A stretch of DNA of 52,557 bases from Acidobacteriota bacterium (GCA_036398155.1 DASWHO010000368.1:1-52557); one strand, 5' to 3'; counted from the stretch's first letter, positions 35,399-44,692 are shown. Numbers and translations are program-made. Notes: generated from the sequence alone by a model not told the origin.

Positions 35399-38113
35399 AT
35401 GCGTGCCACGGCCATCTTGACCCGAGTCAGCTTCGCAGCGCTGCTCCTGCTGTGGGGCCATTGGACCGCCGCCGACCCCATCGTTCTGGGCGACGACGAT
35501 AGCCTTCTGGTCACGTTCACCAGCTTCGCCGGCGGCAGCTTCCAGTACTGCGGCAGCGTCTATACCGGCGTCTATGTCAATTCCAACGGCAGCCTGAGTT
35601 TCGGCGCAGGGGACCCGGATCCGTCGCCTTCGAGCGCTGAGCTGCTCGGCGGCCCGCCGCGGATCGCGGGGCTGTGGCGCGATCTCGATCCCAGCGAGGC
35701 GATGGCCACGGTCGATGTGACCGAAACCGCCGCGCTGCTGACCGTATCGTTCATGCAGGTGCCGGAGAGCGGATCGACCAGCATTCGCAACAGCTTCGCG
35801 ATTCGAATCGCGAGCAGCGGCGCGATCGAGATCGAGTACAACAGCGTCGCGAGCGATGACGCGCTGGCCGGCATCACGGCCGGCGACGCTTTTACCAGCG
35901 GCACCGAAACCGAGGACGATCTTTCGCGCTACGCCGCTGCGGGGACGCCGGCCGGAACCGGTTTCGACGCCGCGCTGTTCGAGCTGTTCACCGGCTCGGG
36001 GTCGGCTGAGGACTTCGATCTGGGCGGAGAGACGCTGCAGTTTCCGGCCTGCGCCCTGACCTCGAGCCCGGCCCCGCCGCTTGCGAATGCGGGTCCCGAT
36101 CTCGAGCTGCCGGCGCGGGCGCCGGGGCTGCTGCTCGGCGCCGGCACCGATCCCAACGCCGAGGCTCTTACGTACATGTGGATGCAAACTTCAGGTCCGG
36201 CGATCGTGCTCAATCCCAATGCGATTGCTCCGCAGCCGACCTTCACCGCGCCGTGGCTGACGGTCTCGGACGATGCGGCGTTCGAGCTCACGGTGGACGA
36301 CGGCATGCCGGCGCGCGGGACCGGCAGCGACAGCGCCGCGATAGCCATCGAGCCGGTGCCCGGCAGCGGCGTGATCGACAATCCGAGCTTCGACAGCGCC
36401 TTGACCGGCTGGGGCGCCTTTCCAGCCGTGCAGTCGGGCACGCTCGCCAGCCTCGGCGGCGAGCAGCCGACCCGCGGAACCGCGCTGGCGCGCATCCGCA
36501 ACAACGCGGTGGCGGGCGCGTATCTGGCCCAGCGCTTCCTGCTGCCCGCCAACGCGGCGGAGCTGAGCTTGGACGTCAACTTCCTCACCAACGAGCCGGC
36601 CGCCAGCATCGCCGACGATCGCTTCGTGGCCCGAGTGGTCTACCTCGACGCCGGCGGCGACCCGGTCACGCAGGCGGACTTCGGCGCTGTGAGCACGACC
36701 GCGGCCGCTTTCGCTCCGGCCGGACCGGAAGGGTACGCGCGCAAGACCGGCTTTTCGACCGTGCGCATCGCGCTGCCGCCGTCGGCCCAAAACAACGAAG
36801 CGGCGCTGATTCTGGCGCTGCAGAATCGGCGCGACCTGCTGCTGGAGAGCGCCGTGCTGATCGACAACGTGCAGGTCGGCACGGCGGTCAACCACGCCCC
36901 AACGGTCAGCGCCGGCACCGATCAGAGCGTCCTGGCCGGAGCGATGGTTACGCTGGGCGCCGTGGCGAGCGATCCGGAGGGGACGCCGCTGTCGCTGGTC
37001 TGGCGCCAAACCGCCGGTCCGCCGGTGACCTTGTCCAGCATGAGCGGCGCCAACCCGAGCTTCACCGCGCCGAGCCCGATGACCACGGCGGTACTGGCGT
37101 TCCAAGTCCAGGCTTCCGACAGCGTTCTGACCGCGGTCGATACCGTGTTCGTGACCGTTCAGGTTCCGACCGACGCGGCGCCGACGGCGAACGCCGGGGC
37201 CTCGCAGACGGTTGCGGAAGGCTCGATGGTCACGCTCAGCGGCAGCGGCAGCGATCCGGATGGCGATCCGCTGAGCTTCTCCTGGACCCAGGTGGAAGGC
37301 CCGGCGGTCACGCTCAGCAGCTCGACGGCGGCGATGCCGACCTTCACCGCGCCAACGGTGGGGGTGAACACGGTGCTGCGGTTCGACCTCACGGTCAGTG
37401 ACGGCGACCAAGAAGACACCGATACCACCTTCGTCACCGTACTGAACGTGTTCAACGACGCGCCGATCGCCAACGCCGGTCCCGACCAGATCGTGCGTGA
37501 GGGCCGCCTGGTGACGCTCGACGGCTCGGGCTCGAGCGATCCGAATCTCGACCCGATCAGCTTTTCGTGGAACCAGCTCGGCGGGCCGGCGGTCGTCCTG
37601 TCGAGCGCCACCGCCGCCATGCCGACCTTCACGGCTCCGCAGGTGAGCGGCTCGGCGCTGCTGACTTTCCGGCTGACGGTGAGCGACGGAACGCTGTCCT
37701 CGACCGATATCGTCGAGATCTCGGTGGTCGACAATCTGCCGACCGTCGAGATCGAGGTGAATCAATCGGCCTACAGCACCGGCGACCTGATGGACGTGCG
37801 CCTGAGCCTCGACGGTCCGTCGAGCGTGGTGGTCGACATCTACGTCGGCCTGCTGCTTCCGGTGCCGGGCTTCTTCACGTTCAACGGGTTTCTCGGCCTG
37901 CAGAGCGCGGTGCCCAACCAGATCGTGCCGCTGCTGACCGGATTCCCGCTGTTTCCGATCCCCGACTTTCCGTTCTTCGACTACACCTTCACCGGGATCG
38001 AATGGACCGGAACCTATTTCTGGCTGGCGGTCTTGACCCCGCCCGGCGGCGATCCGCTCAACCCCGCCCAGCAGCTCGCTTTCGACTTCGCCGAGTTCAC
38101 CTTCTCTCCTTAG
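35399..38113 (+). CDS. Large secreted/surface protein: NIDO-like N-domain, four PKD-like Ig repeats, one inserted jelly-roll-like domain and an unassigned C-terminal domain
   Basis: ATG at 35399 lies 8 nt after GGAGG. Signal peptide MRATAILTRVSFAALLLLWGHWTAA. The repeat consensus is ANAGPDQ-V-x-G-x-VTL-GSGSDP-G-PLSFSW-Q-GP-VTLSS...PTFTAP...L-F-LTVSDG. See the repeat features below. Confidence 0.8.
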   Translation: MRATAILTRVSFAALLLLWGHWTAADPIVLGDDDSLLVTFTSFAGGSFQYCGSVYTGVYVNSNGSLSFGAGDPDPSPSSAELLGGPPRIAGLWRDLDPSEAMATVDVTETAALLTVSFMQVPESGSTSIRNSFAIRIASSGAIEIEYNSVASDDALAGITAGDAFTSGTETEDDLSRYAAAGTPAGTGFDAALFELFTGSGSAEDFDLGGETLQFPACALTSSPAPPLANAGPDLELPARAPGLLLGAGTDPNAEALTYMWMQTSGPAIVLNPNAIAPQPTFTAPWLTVSDDAAFELTVDDGMPARGTGSDSAAIAIEPVPGSGVIDNPSFDSALTGWGAFPAVQSGTLASLGGEQPTRGTALARIRNNAVAGAYLAQRFLLPANAAELSLDVNFLTNEPAASIADDRFVARVVYLDAGGDPVTQADFGAVSTTAAAFAPAGPEGYARKTGFSTVRIALPPSAQNNEAALILALQNRRDLLLESAVLIDNVQVGTAVNHAPTVSAGTDQSVLAGAMVTLGAVASDPEGTPLSLVWRQTAGPPVTLSSMSGANPSFTAPSPMTTAVLAFQVQASDSVLTAVDTVFVTVQVPTDAAPTANAGASQTVAEGSMVTLSGSGSDPDGDPLSFSWTQVEGPAVTLSSSTAAMPTFTAPTVGVNTVLRFDLTVSDGDQEDTDTTFVTVLNVFNDAPIANAGPDQIVREGRLVTLDGSGSSDPNLDPISFSWNQLGGPAVVLSSATAAMPTFTAPQVSGSALLTFRLTVSDGTLSSTDIVEISVVDNLPTVEIEVNQSAYSTGDLMDVRLSLDGPSSVVVDIYVGLLLPVPGFFTFNGFLGLQSAVPNQIVPLLTGFPLFPIPDFPFFDYTFTGIEWTGTYFWLAVLTPPGGDPLNPAQQLAFDFAEFTFSP
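36071..36355 (+). repeat. PKD-like coding repeat R1 (track-ORF residues 241-335)
   Basis: APPLANAGPDLELP...LTYMWMQTSGPAIVLNPNAIAPQPTFTAP...FELTVDDG. It is separated from R2-R4 by a roughly 175-aa non-repeat domain. Confidence 0.7.
36887..37732 (+). repeat. Three tandem PKD-like coding repeats R2-R4 (about 94 aa each)
   Basis: R2 36887-37165, R3 37166-37450, R4 37451-37732. R3 and R4 share ANAG..Q.V.EG..VTL.GSGS.DP..DP.SFSW.Q..GPAV.LSS.TAAMPTFTAP. Confidence 0.85.
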
Positions 38114-38130
38114 GAGCTACGAGTGAAGCC

Positions 38131-38158
38131 CTCGTTCGGGGAGTGCGCCCCGAACGAG
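38131..38158 (+). terminator. Candidate stem-loop terminator after the PKD-repeat gene (no U-tract)
   Basis: ctcgttcgggg-agtgcg-ccccgaacgag forms a perfect 11-bp stem with a 6-nt loop, 18 nt after the stop. Confidence 0.4.
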
Positions 38159-38194
38159 TAGCTGCCTTCAGGGCCGCCGGCATGGTCGCGAATG

Positions 38195-38228
38195 GGGTGG
38201 CATGGGCGGCCGAAGGGCGCCCATGGAC
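38195..38228. repeat. P1 repeat, copy C1 (exact reverse complement of B2)
   Basis: Sequence gggtggcatgggcggccgaagggcgcccatggac. Confidence 0.9.
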
Positions 38229-38252
38229 GAGCTGCGCGCCGCGAGTGAAGTC

Positions 38253-38286
38253 GTCCATGGGCGCGCTGCGCGTGCCCATGCCACCC
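38253..38286. repeat. P1 repeat, copy C2 (exact reverse complement of B1)
   Basis: Sequence gtccatgggcgcgctgcgcgtgcccatgccaccc. Confidence 0.9.
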
Positions 38287-38347
38287 AAGCGCGCCGCAGC
38301 GGCCGACTGCCATCTTTCCATAGCAGGTGGATGAACGTTATCTTTCT

Positions 38348-38371
38348 GCTATACCTATCGGTAAGTATAGG
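38348..38371. promoter_or_regulatory. Candidate TetR operator: 24-nt AT-rich imperfect palindrome overlapping the tetR RBS
   Basis: In gCTATACcTAtCGgTAaGTATAGg, 18 of 24 positions are self-complementary. The AGGAG RBS at 38368-38372 lies 10 nt before the TTG start. Confidence 0.35.
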
Positions 38372-38382
38372 AGCAACGCCCC

Positions 38383-38961
38383 TTGGATCAGCTCTCGAGC
38401 CAGGACCGTATCCTCAACACTTCATTGGACTTATTCTCGTCCAAAGGGTACGACGCGACCTCCGTCCGTGAGATCTGCGATGCTGCGGGAATCACCAAGC
38501 CGACCCTGTATCACTTCTTCGGCAGCAAGGAAGGGGTGTACCGGGCGCTGGTGGAGGGAGCGCTCGAGGACTTCCGGCGCAGCTGGATCGCGCGCCTTGA
38601 TCTGCCCGGCAGCGTGGAGGCGCGGCTCGGGCAGGCGGCGTGGGCCTACTTCGACAAAGCGATCGGCCAAAAGCAGCTCGCCCGCTTCCTCTACAGCCTG
38701 ATTTACAACCCGCCCAGCTCGGCGCCGAAAACCGACTTTCTGCGCTTCTACGAGGAGATCGTCCACCGGACCAGCCGCGTGGTCGAAGCCGCAGTCGCGC
38801 GCGGCGAGCTGGCGCCCGGTCCGATCCAGGTGCGCATGCTGGTGCTGATGGGCGCGATCGGCGAGGCGGTGCGCGGCTACCTGTTGTTCGGCCGGCCGGA
38901 GCTCACGCCGGCGCTGGCCGCCGAGGTGATCGAAACGGTCCTGCGGGGCTGGCGCAGGTAG
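38383..38961 (+). CDS. TetR/AcrR-family transcriptional repressor
   Basis: 192 aa, TTG start. The HTH region reads ILNTSLDLFSSKGYDATSVREICDAAGITKPTLYHFFGSKEG. It heads the efflux operon. Confidence 0.9.
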   Translation: MDQLSSQDRILNTSLDLFSSKGYDATSVREICDAAGITKPTLYHFFGSKEGVYRALVEGALEDFRRSWIARLDLPGSVEARLGQAAWAYFDKAIGQKQLARFLYSLIYNPPSSAPKTDFLRFYEEIVHRTSRVVEAAVARGELAPGPIQVRMLVLMGAIGEAVRGYLLFGRPELTPALAAEVIETVLRGWRR

Positions 38962-38964
38962 GTC

Positions 38965-40323
38965 ATGCGGCCTTTCGGACCCATCGGGTTGCTGGCCGGC
39001 GCACTGGCGGCGGCGCCGCTTCCAGCCGAGCCGCTGTCGCGGGCGCAGGCGGTCGCGGCTGCCTTGCAGGCCCATCCGGAGATACAAAAAGCCCAAGAGG
39101 AGATCCGCAAGCTCGGCGGCCAGATCCTCGAGGCGCGCGCCGACGCGCTGCCGGAGGTCACGCTGACCGGAACCGCGCTGCGCTTTCGCGATCCCTCGCT
39201 GCTCAACAGCAGCAGCTTCGACGCGTTCCCGCCCGAGCTGCGCGACAGCCTCACGCCGATTCCGGCCAACCTGTTCGGCAGCGCCGTGTCGGTGCGCCAG
39301 ACCTTGCTCAGCTTCAAGCTCGGCAAAGCCATCGAAGCGGCGCGTTTGGGGGTGGAGCTCGGCGCGGAGGAGCTGCGCCGGGTGCGGCAGGAGATCGCTC
39401 TGGAAGCGATCCGAGCCTACAACGACTTCGTGCTCAGCCTGGAGCAGGTCGAGGTGGCCGGCAAGTCGGTGCGCCAGAAGGAGGAGCATCTCGCTGCGGC
39501 GCGCAATCGGCGCAGCGCCGGAGTCGCCACCGATCTGGATGTGCTGCGCTCGCAGGTCGACGTCGAGAACCAGCGCGCCCAGCTGCTGCGCTTTCGCGGC
39601 CTGGCCGATCTCGCGCGCGGGCGGCTCAATGCGGTGATGGTGCATCCGATCGCGGCCCCGATCCAGCCCAGCGACGGGCTCGACTTCATGCCCCTCGACC
39701 TTTCGCTGAATCAAGCGATCCAGGAGGCCTGGAGCAACCGGCCCGAGTCGAAGGCGATCGCGCTCACCGAGGGCCTGAGCGAGAAGCTGATCGGGATCGA
39801 AGCCGCTGAAATGCGCCCGAGCGTCGACTTCGACGGGCAGTGGGGCACGTCGGTGCGCCAGCCGGAGAACTTTTTCGACAGCGATTTCACCCAGTGGAGC
39901 GCCGGGGTCACGGTGACCGTGCCGCTGTTCGACGGCCTGCGCAGCGCCGGGCGCGTGTCGCAGGCGCGTGCCCAGCGCAACCAGGTGATCCAGGACCGCA
40001 TCGCCCTGGAGAATCAGATTCGGCTCGAGGCCAAGGACGCGGTCGACCGCCTGGCGGTGGCGCGCAGCATTCTGGAAGCGGCCGAGCTCAATCAGACCCA
40101 GGCGCAGCGGGCGCTCGACATGACCCAAGCGAACTACAAGTACGGCGCCGCCACCACGCTCGACGTGCTCGACGCCCAGGCCGCTCTGACCCTGGCCGAA
40201 AGCACCCGGATCCTCGCGCTCCACGAGCATGCCAACGCGCGCGCCACCTTGCGCTACGTGATGGCGCGCGATCCGCTCGATCCACCGGCCGGCGGCGGTG
40301 CGCCAGGAGCGACGGACCCGTGA
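38965..40323 (+). CDS. TolC-family outer-membrane efflux channel
   Basis: 452 aa. Signal peptide followed by two OEP repeats with the characteristic coiled-coil heptads (LDVLRSQVDVENQRAQLL ..., TLDVLDAQAALTLAES). Confidence 0.88.
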   Translation: MRPFGPIGLLAGALAAAPLPAEPLSRAQAVAAALQAHPEIQKAQEEIRKLGGQILEARADALPEVTLTGTALRFRDPSLLNSSSFDAFPPELRDSLTPIPANLFGSAVSVRQTLLSFKLGKAIEAARLGVELGAEELRRVRQEIALEAIRAYNDFVLSLEQVEVAGKSVRQKEEHLAAARNRRSAGVATDLDVLRSQVDVENQRAQLLRFRGLADLARGRLNAVMVHPIAAPIQPSDGLDFMPLDLSLNQAIQEAWSNRPESKAIALTEGLSEKLIGIEAAEMRPSVDFDGQWGTSVRQPENFFDSDFTQWSAGVTVTVPLFDGLRSAGRVSQARAQRNQVIQDRIALENQIRLEAKDAVDRLAVARSILEAAELNQTQAQRALDMTQANYKYGAATTLDVLDAQAALTLAESTRILALHEHANARATLRYVMARDPLDPPAGGGAPGATDP

Positions 40324-41480
40324 GACCCGTTTCGATGTGCGGACCGTCCCGCGCGCGGTCGGGTCGGGTGCGCCTGCTTTGGCCCGCCGCCCTCGGCGTT
40401 GCCTGGATCCTAGGCGCCGCCGGCTGCGGCAACCAGGCGGAAGATGCCGCGCTCGATGCGCCGCGCGCGATTCCGGTCCGCGCGGCCGCGGTGGAGCGGC
40501 GCGACCTGGCCGAGACCGTCTCGCTCACCGGCACCTTGCGGCCGCGGCGGCAGGTCGAAGTGGTGGCCGAGGTCGCGGCGCGGCTGCTCGAGGTCGTGCG
40601 CGACGAAGGCGAGCGCGTTGCGGCCGGCGAGACCCTGGCGCGCCTCGATCCGACCGACTACCGGCTCGCCTATCAGCGCGCCCAGGCGGCGCTCGCGGTG
40701 GCGGAAGCCAACCGGGCTCACGCGGTGGCCGAGCAGGAACGCGCCGCCAACCTGCTCCAGACCGGCGGCATCACCGACAAGGATCACTTGGCCGCCGAAG
40801 TGAATCTGCAGGTGGCCGTAGCCTCGCTGGCCGAGGTCCGCGCCAGCTTGGCGATCGCCGAGCAGCAGCTCGGCCGCACCGAGGTCGCGGCGCCGTTCGG
40901 CGGCCGGATCGCGCGCCGCCACGTGGACCCCGGGGCGATGCTGACCGCGGGGCAGCGGCTGTTCACCCTGGTCGACGACTCGGTGCTCGAGTTCCGCGCC
41001 GCGGTGCCCTCGGCGGATTGGGGCCGCATTCGGGTCGGGGATCGGGTCGCGCTGGCGGTCGACGCGCAATCGGGGATCGCCTCCCACGGTCGGGTGGCGC
41101 GGATCATGCCGCTGGTCGACGAGCGCACCCGCGCATTCGAGCTGGTGGTCGAGGTCTCCGGCGGCGGTAACCTGGTCGGCGGCCTGTTCGCCCGCGGCTT
41201 GGTCCGGATCGGCGAGCGCAGCGGCGCCCTGGTGGTGCCGCCCGCGGCGCTGGTCCGTGACGGCGCGGCCCCGGGCCAAGCCGAGCTGTTCGTGGTCCAA
41301 AACGGCCAATCGCAGCGCCGCACGGTCACGCTCGGGGTCGAGACTTCGGAGACGATTCAGGTAACCGAAGGCGTCCAAGCCGGCGAGCTGGTGATCCTCG
41401 ATCCGCCGGCCGCGCTCGGCGACGGCATGGCGGTCGAGATCCAGAACCGGCCGGGCGCGGCCAAGGCCGCCGCCGGCTGA
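40320..41480 (+). CDS. RND efflux periplasmic adaptor (membrane fusion protein), lipoprotein
   Basis: Start is GTG at 40320 (GTGA overlap with the tolC stop) or ATG at 40335. Lipobox LGAAGC, an alpha-hairpin (YRLAYQRAQAALAVAEAN...) and beta-barrel motifs (APFGGRIARRHVDPGAM). Confidence 0.88.
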   Translation: MRPVSMCGPSRARSGRVRLLWPAALGVAWILGAAGCGNQAEDAALDAPRAIPVRAAAVERRDLAETVSLTGTLRPRRQVEVVAEVAARLLEVVRDEGERVAAGETLARLDPTDYRLAYQRAQAALAVAEANRAHAVAEQERAANLLQTGGITDKDHLAAEVNLQVAVASLAEVRASLAIAEQQLGRTEVAAPFGGRIARRHVDPGAMLTAGQRLFTLVDDSVLEFRAAVPSADWGRIRVGDRVALAVDAQSGIASHGRVARIMPLVDERTRAFELVVEVSGGGNLVGGLFARGLVRIGERSGALVVPPAALVRDGAAPGQAELFVVQNGQSQRRTVTLGVETSETIQVTEGVQAGELVILDPPAALGDGMAVEIQNRPGAAKAAAG

Positions 41481-41483
41481 GCC

Positions 41484-44400
41484 ATGTTTCTCAGCGATCT
41501 ATCGATTCGCCAGCCGGTGCTCGCCACCGTGATGATGCTGTCGCTCGCGGTGCTCGGCATCGCTTCGTATCGCCAGCTCAACGTCGACCAGTTTCCCGAC
41601 GTCGAGTTCCCGGTGGTCAGCGTGACCACCCTGTTTCCGGGCGCGCCGCCCGAAACCGTCGAGCGCGAGGTGACCAAGAAAATCGAGGAGGCGATCAACA
41701 CCGTCGAAGGCATCAAGCACGTCGAGTCGACCTCGCAGGAGGGCATCTCGAGCCTGGTGGTGTTCTTTCATCTCGAGGTCTCGACCCAGGTGGCGAGCCA
41801 GGACATCCGCGGCAAGATCGCCGGCATCCGCGGCGAGCTGCCGCAGCAGATCGAGGAGCCGATCGTGCAGCGCATCGACCTGGCGCAGATGCCGATCGTG
41901 TCGATCTCGGTCGATGCTCCGGGCCTGTCGCCGCAGGCCGCTACCAGCTTGGCCGACAAGACCATCAAGCGCCGGCTCGAGACCGTGCCCGGAGTCGGAT
42001 CGGTGAATTTGGTCGGCGAGTCGGAGCGCGAGATCCAGGTGGTGGTCGACCGCTCCCGGCTCGAGGCCTACCGGCTCTCGCTGGCCCAGGTGGTCCAGGC
42101 GCTGGCGAGCGAAAACGTCGATGTCCCGGCCGGGGCCGCCGACCGGGGCGCCACCGAAGCTTTGGTGCGCCTCGCGGCGCGCGGCCGCAGCGCCGCCGAC
42201 ATCGCCGCGATTCCGGTCAAGCGCGGCAGCGCCACGGTCTACGTCGCCGACCTCGGTCCGGTGATCGACGGGATCGAAGCGCCCAAGAACCTGGCCCTGA
42301 TCGACCAGCGGCCGGCGCTGGCGCTGGACGTGCTCAAGCAGTCGGGCGCCAACACGGTGGAGGTCGCCGACGGAGTCCGCGCCGCGGTCGAGCGCCTCGC
42401 CGGCGAGCTGCCGGCCGGGGTGCGGCTCCAGATCGTGCGCGACGACTCCAGCTTCATCCGCGAGTCGATCGAGGACGTGCAGGTCACGATCCTGATCGGC
42501 GGCCTGCTCACGGTGCTGATCGTGTTTCTGTTCCTCAACTCCTGGCGCTCGACCGTGATCACCGGCCTGACCCTGCCGATCTCGGTGATCAGCGCGTTCA
42601 TCGCCATGCGCGCCTTCGGCTTCACCCTCAACGTGCTGACCTTGATGGGCTTGTCGCTCGCGATCGGCATGCTGATCGACGACGCGATCGTGGTGCGCGA
42701 GAACATCGTGCGCCACCTGCAGCGCGGCCAGGACCACTTCCGCGCCGCGCGCGAGGGCACCGCTGAGATCGGGCTGGCGGTGATGGCCACCACCTTCACC
42801 ATCGTGGCGGTGTTCATACCGGTGGCATTCATGGGCGGGATGGTCGGGCGCTTCTTCTACGAGTTCGGGATCACGGTGGCGGCGGCGGTGCTGGTGTCGC
42901 TGTTCGTCAGCTTCACGCTCGATCCGATGTTGTCGTCGCGCTGGGTCGATCCCGACATCGAGCAGGACCGCCACACCACGTTTCTGGGCCGCGCGCTGCA
43001 GCGCTTCAACCGCTGGTTCGACGATCTGCACCGGCGCTACGAGCGGCTGCTCGACTGGGCGCTGCGCCACCGGCCGGCGGTGCTGCTGGTCGCGACGGCG
43101 GCGTTCGTCGGCAGCTTCCCGATCCTGGGCCTGCTGGGCGGCGACTTCATGCCCGATTTCAACCGCGGTGAGTACCAGGTGCTGTTCAAGACCAGCCCGG
43201 GCACCACCTTGCGCGAGACCGGCCGGCGCGCGCGCGAGCTGGTCGCTCGGCTCCAGACCCTGCCCGACGTCGAGTACACCTACACCACCATCGGCGAAGC
43301 CGGCAGCCAGTTCCGCCCGGTCAACGAGGGCTCGATCTACGTCAAGCTCGGTGGCCACGGCGGCGGGACCTTCAGCGAGGTGCTGAAAGACGCGCGCGCG
43401 GTGCTGCGCTCGGTCCCCGGCGTCACCTTCGCGCTGGTCGAAGCCGGCCAGTTCGGCCAGAAGCCGATCCAGATCAGCGTCCGCGGCAGCGACATCGACG
43501 AGCTCGACCGGATCTCGCGCCAGTTGATGGCGGCCATGAGCCGAATCCCGGGGATCGCCGACCTTGAAACCAGCCTGGAGAAATCCAAGCCCGAGCTGCG
43601 CATCGCGCTCGACCGCGGCCGGGCCAGCGACCTGGATGTGCCGGCCGACGCGGTCGCGACCACCTTGCGGGCGGCGGTCACCGGCACGGTCGCCTCCACC
43701 ATCGAAGACGAGATCGGCGACAGCCACGACGTGCGGGTGCGGCTGCGCGCCGACCAGCGCCGCTTCGCCGAAGACCTGCTCGAGCTGCAGGTGCCCAGCG
43801 GGCGCGACGACAGCGGCGGCGACAAGATCCTGGTGCCGCTGCGCGAGCTGGCCGGCGCCGCGCCGGCCAGCGGCCCCTCCACCATCCGGCGCAAGGACCT
43901 GGTGCGCGAGGTGCGGGTCTCGGCCAACCCCGATGACCGCAGCCTGGGTGAGATCACCGCCGACATCGAAGCCGCGGCGCGGCTGATCGCGCTGCCGCCG
44001 GGCTACGATATCGTCCACGGCGGCGACGCCGAGGAGCTCAAGGAGATGTTCGTCAACATGTTCGAGGCGCTGGCGCTGGCGGTCATCTTCATCTATCTGA
44101 TCCTGGCTTCGCAGTTCGGCTCCTTCATCCATCCGCTGGCGATCATGCTGTCGCTGCCGCTGTCGCTGGTCGGGGTGGCGCTGGCGCTGCTCGCGACCGG
44201 CGACACGCTCAACATCATGAGCATGATCGGGTTGATCATGCTGATGGGGCTGGTGACCAAGAACGCGATCCTTTTGGTCGACTTCACCAACCAGGCCCGG
44301 GCCCGCGGGGTGGCGCGGCACAAGGCGCTGATCGAAGCCGGCAGCACCCGGCTGCGCCCGATCGTGATGACCACCCTGGCGATGATCTTCGGCATGCTGC

Positions 44401-44636
44401 CGCTCGCGTTCGCGATCGGCGCCGGCGCCGAGATGCGCGCCCCGATGGCGCGCGCCGTGATCGGCGGCCTGATCACCTCGACCCTCTTGACCCTGGTCGT
44501 GGTGCCGGTGGTCTACACCTACCTCGACGGCCTGCGCCCGGCCGCGATCGGCGCCTGGCTGCGCCGGCGCCGCCAGCGCCGCGAGTCGCGCGCCGAAACC
44601 CGCGTCCCCGAGCTCACCGCCCCCGCCCTCGATTGA
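41484..44636 (+). CDS. RND (AcrB/HAE1-like) inner-membrane efflux transporter
   Basis: 1050 aa. LSIRQPVLATVMMLSLAVLGIASYRQLNVDQFPDVEFPVVSV, 12-TM topology, and the conserved charged TM4 region LAIGMLIDDAIVVREN. Confidence 0.95.
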   Translation: MFLSDLSIRQPVLATVMMLSLAVLGIASYRQLNVDQFPDVEFPVVSVTTLFPGAPPETVEREVTKKIEEAINTVEGIKHVESTSQEGISSLVVFFHLEVSTQVASQDIRGKIAGIRGELPQQIEEPIVQRIDLAQMPIVSISVDAPGLSPQAATSLADKTIKRRLETVPGVGSVNLVGESEREIQVVVDRSRLEAYRLSLAQVVQALASENVDVPAGAADRGATEALVRLAARGRSAADIAAIPVKRGSATVYVADLGPVIDGIEAPKNLALIDQRPALALDVLKQSGANTVEVADGVRAAVERLAGELPAGVRLQIVRDDSSFIRESIEDVQVTILIGGLLTVLIVFLFLNSWRSTVITGLTLPISVISAFIAMRAFGFTLNVLTLMGLSLAIGMLIDDAIVVRENIVRHLQRGQDHFRAAREGTAEIGLAVMATTFTIVAVFIPVAFMGGMVGRFFYEFGITVAAAVLVSLFVSFTLDPMLSSRWVDPDIEQDRHTTFLGRALQRFNRWFDDLHRRYERLLDWALRHRPAVLLVATAAFVGSFPILGLLGGDFMPDFNRGEYQVLFKTSPGTTLRETGRRARELVARLQTLPDVEYTYTTIGEAGSQFRPVNEGSIYVKLGGHGGGTFSEVLKDARAVLRSVPGVTFALVEAGQFGQKPIQISVRGSDIDELDRISRQLMAAMSRIPGIADLETSLEKSKPELRIALDRGRASDLDVPADAVATTLRAAVTGTVASTIEDEIGDSHDVRVRLRADQRRFAEDLLELQVPSGRDDSGGDKILVPLRELAGAAPASGPSTIRRKDLVREVRVSANPDDRSLGEITADIEAAARLIALPPGYDIVHGGDAEELKEMFVNMFEALALAVIFIYLILASQFGSFIHPLAIMLSLPLSLVGVALALLATGDTLNIMSMIGLIMLMGLVTKNAILLVDFTNQARARGVARHKALIEAGSTRLRPIVMTTLAMIFGMLPLAFAIGAGAEMRAPMARAVIGGLITSTLLTLVVVPVVYTYLDGLRPAAIGAWLRRRRQRRESRAETRVPELTAPALD

Positions 44637-44692
44637 TTGCTGTCATTCGCGCCTCTTCTCCTGCGCAGTCACAGCGCCGGCCGTAAGCGCGG

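Noticed and set aside
32122-38113. A rhombosortase/GlyGly-CTERM sorting system (a rhomboid protease plus a nearby large surface protein).
   Set aside because: The surface protein ends ...FDFAEFTFSP. It has no C-terminal Gly-Gly motif, TM helix or basic tail, so the defining sorting signal is absent.
41499-44321. A 940-aa minus-strand ORF antisense to the RND transporter gene. Similar giant antisense ORFs occur at 3148..4869(+), 26369..28216(-), 38431..40230(-) and 44705..46528(+).
   Set aside because: These are typical high-GC shadow ORFs. The translations are Arg/Gly/Ala/Asp/His-rich with no motifs, no RBS and no signal or TM logic. In each case the opposite strand encodes a protein with unmistakable family motifs.
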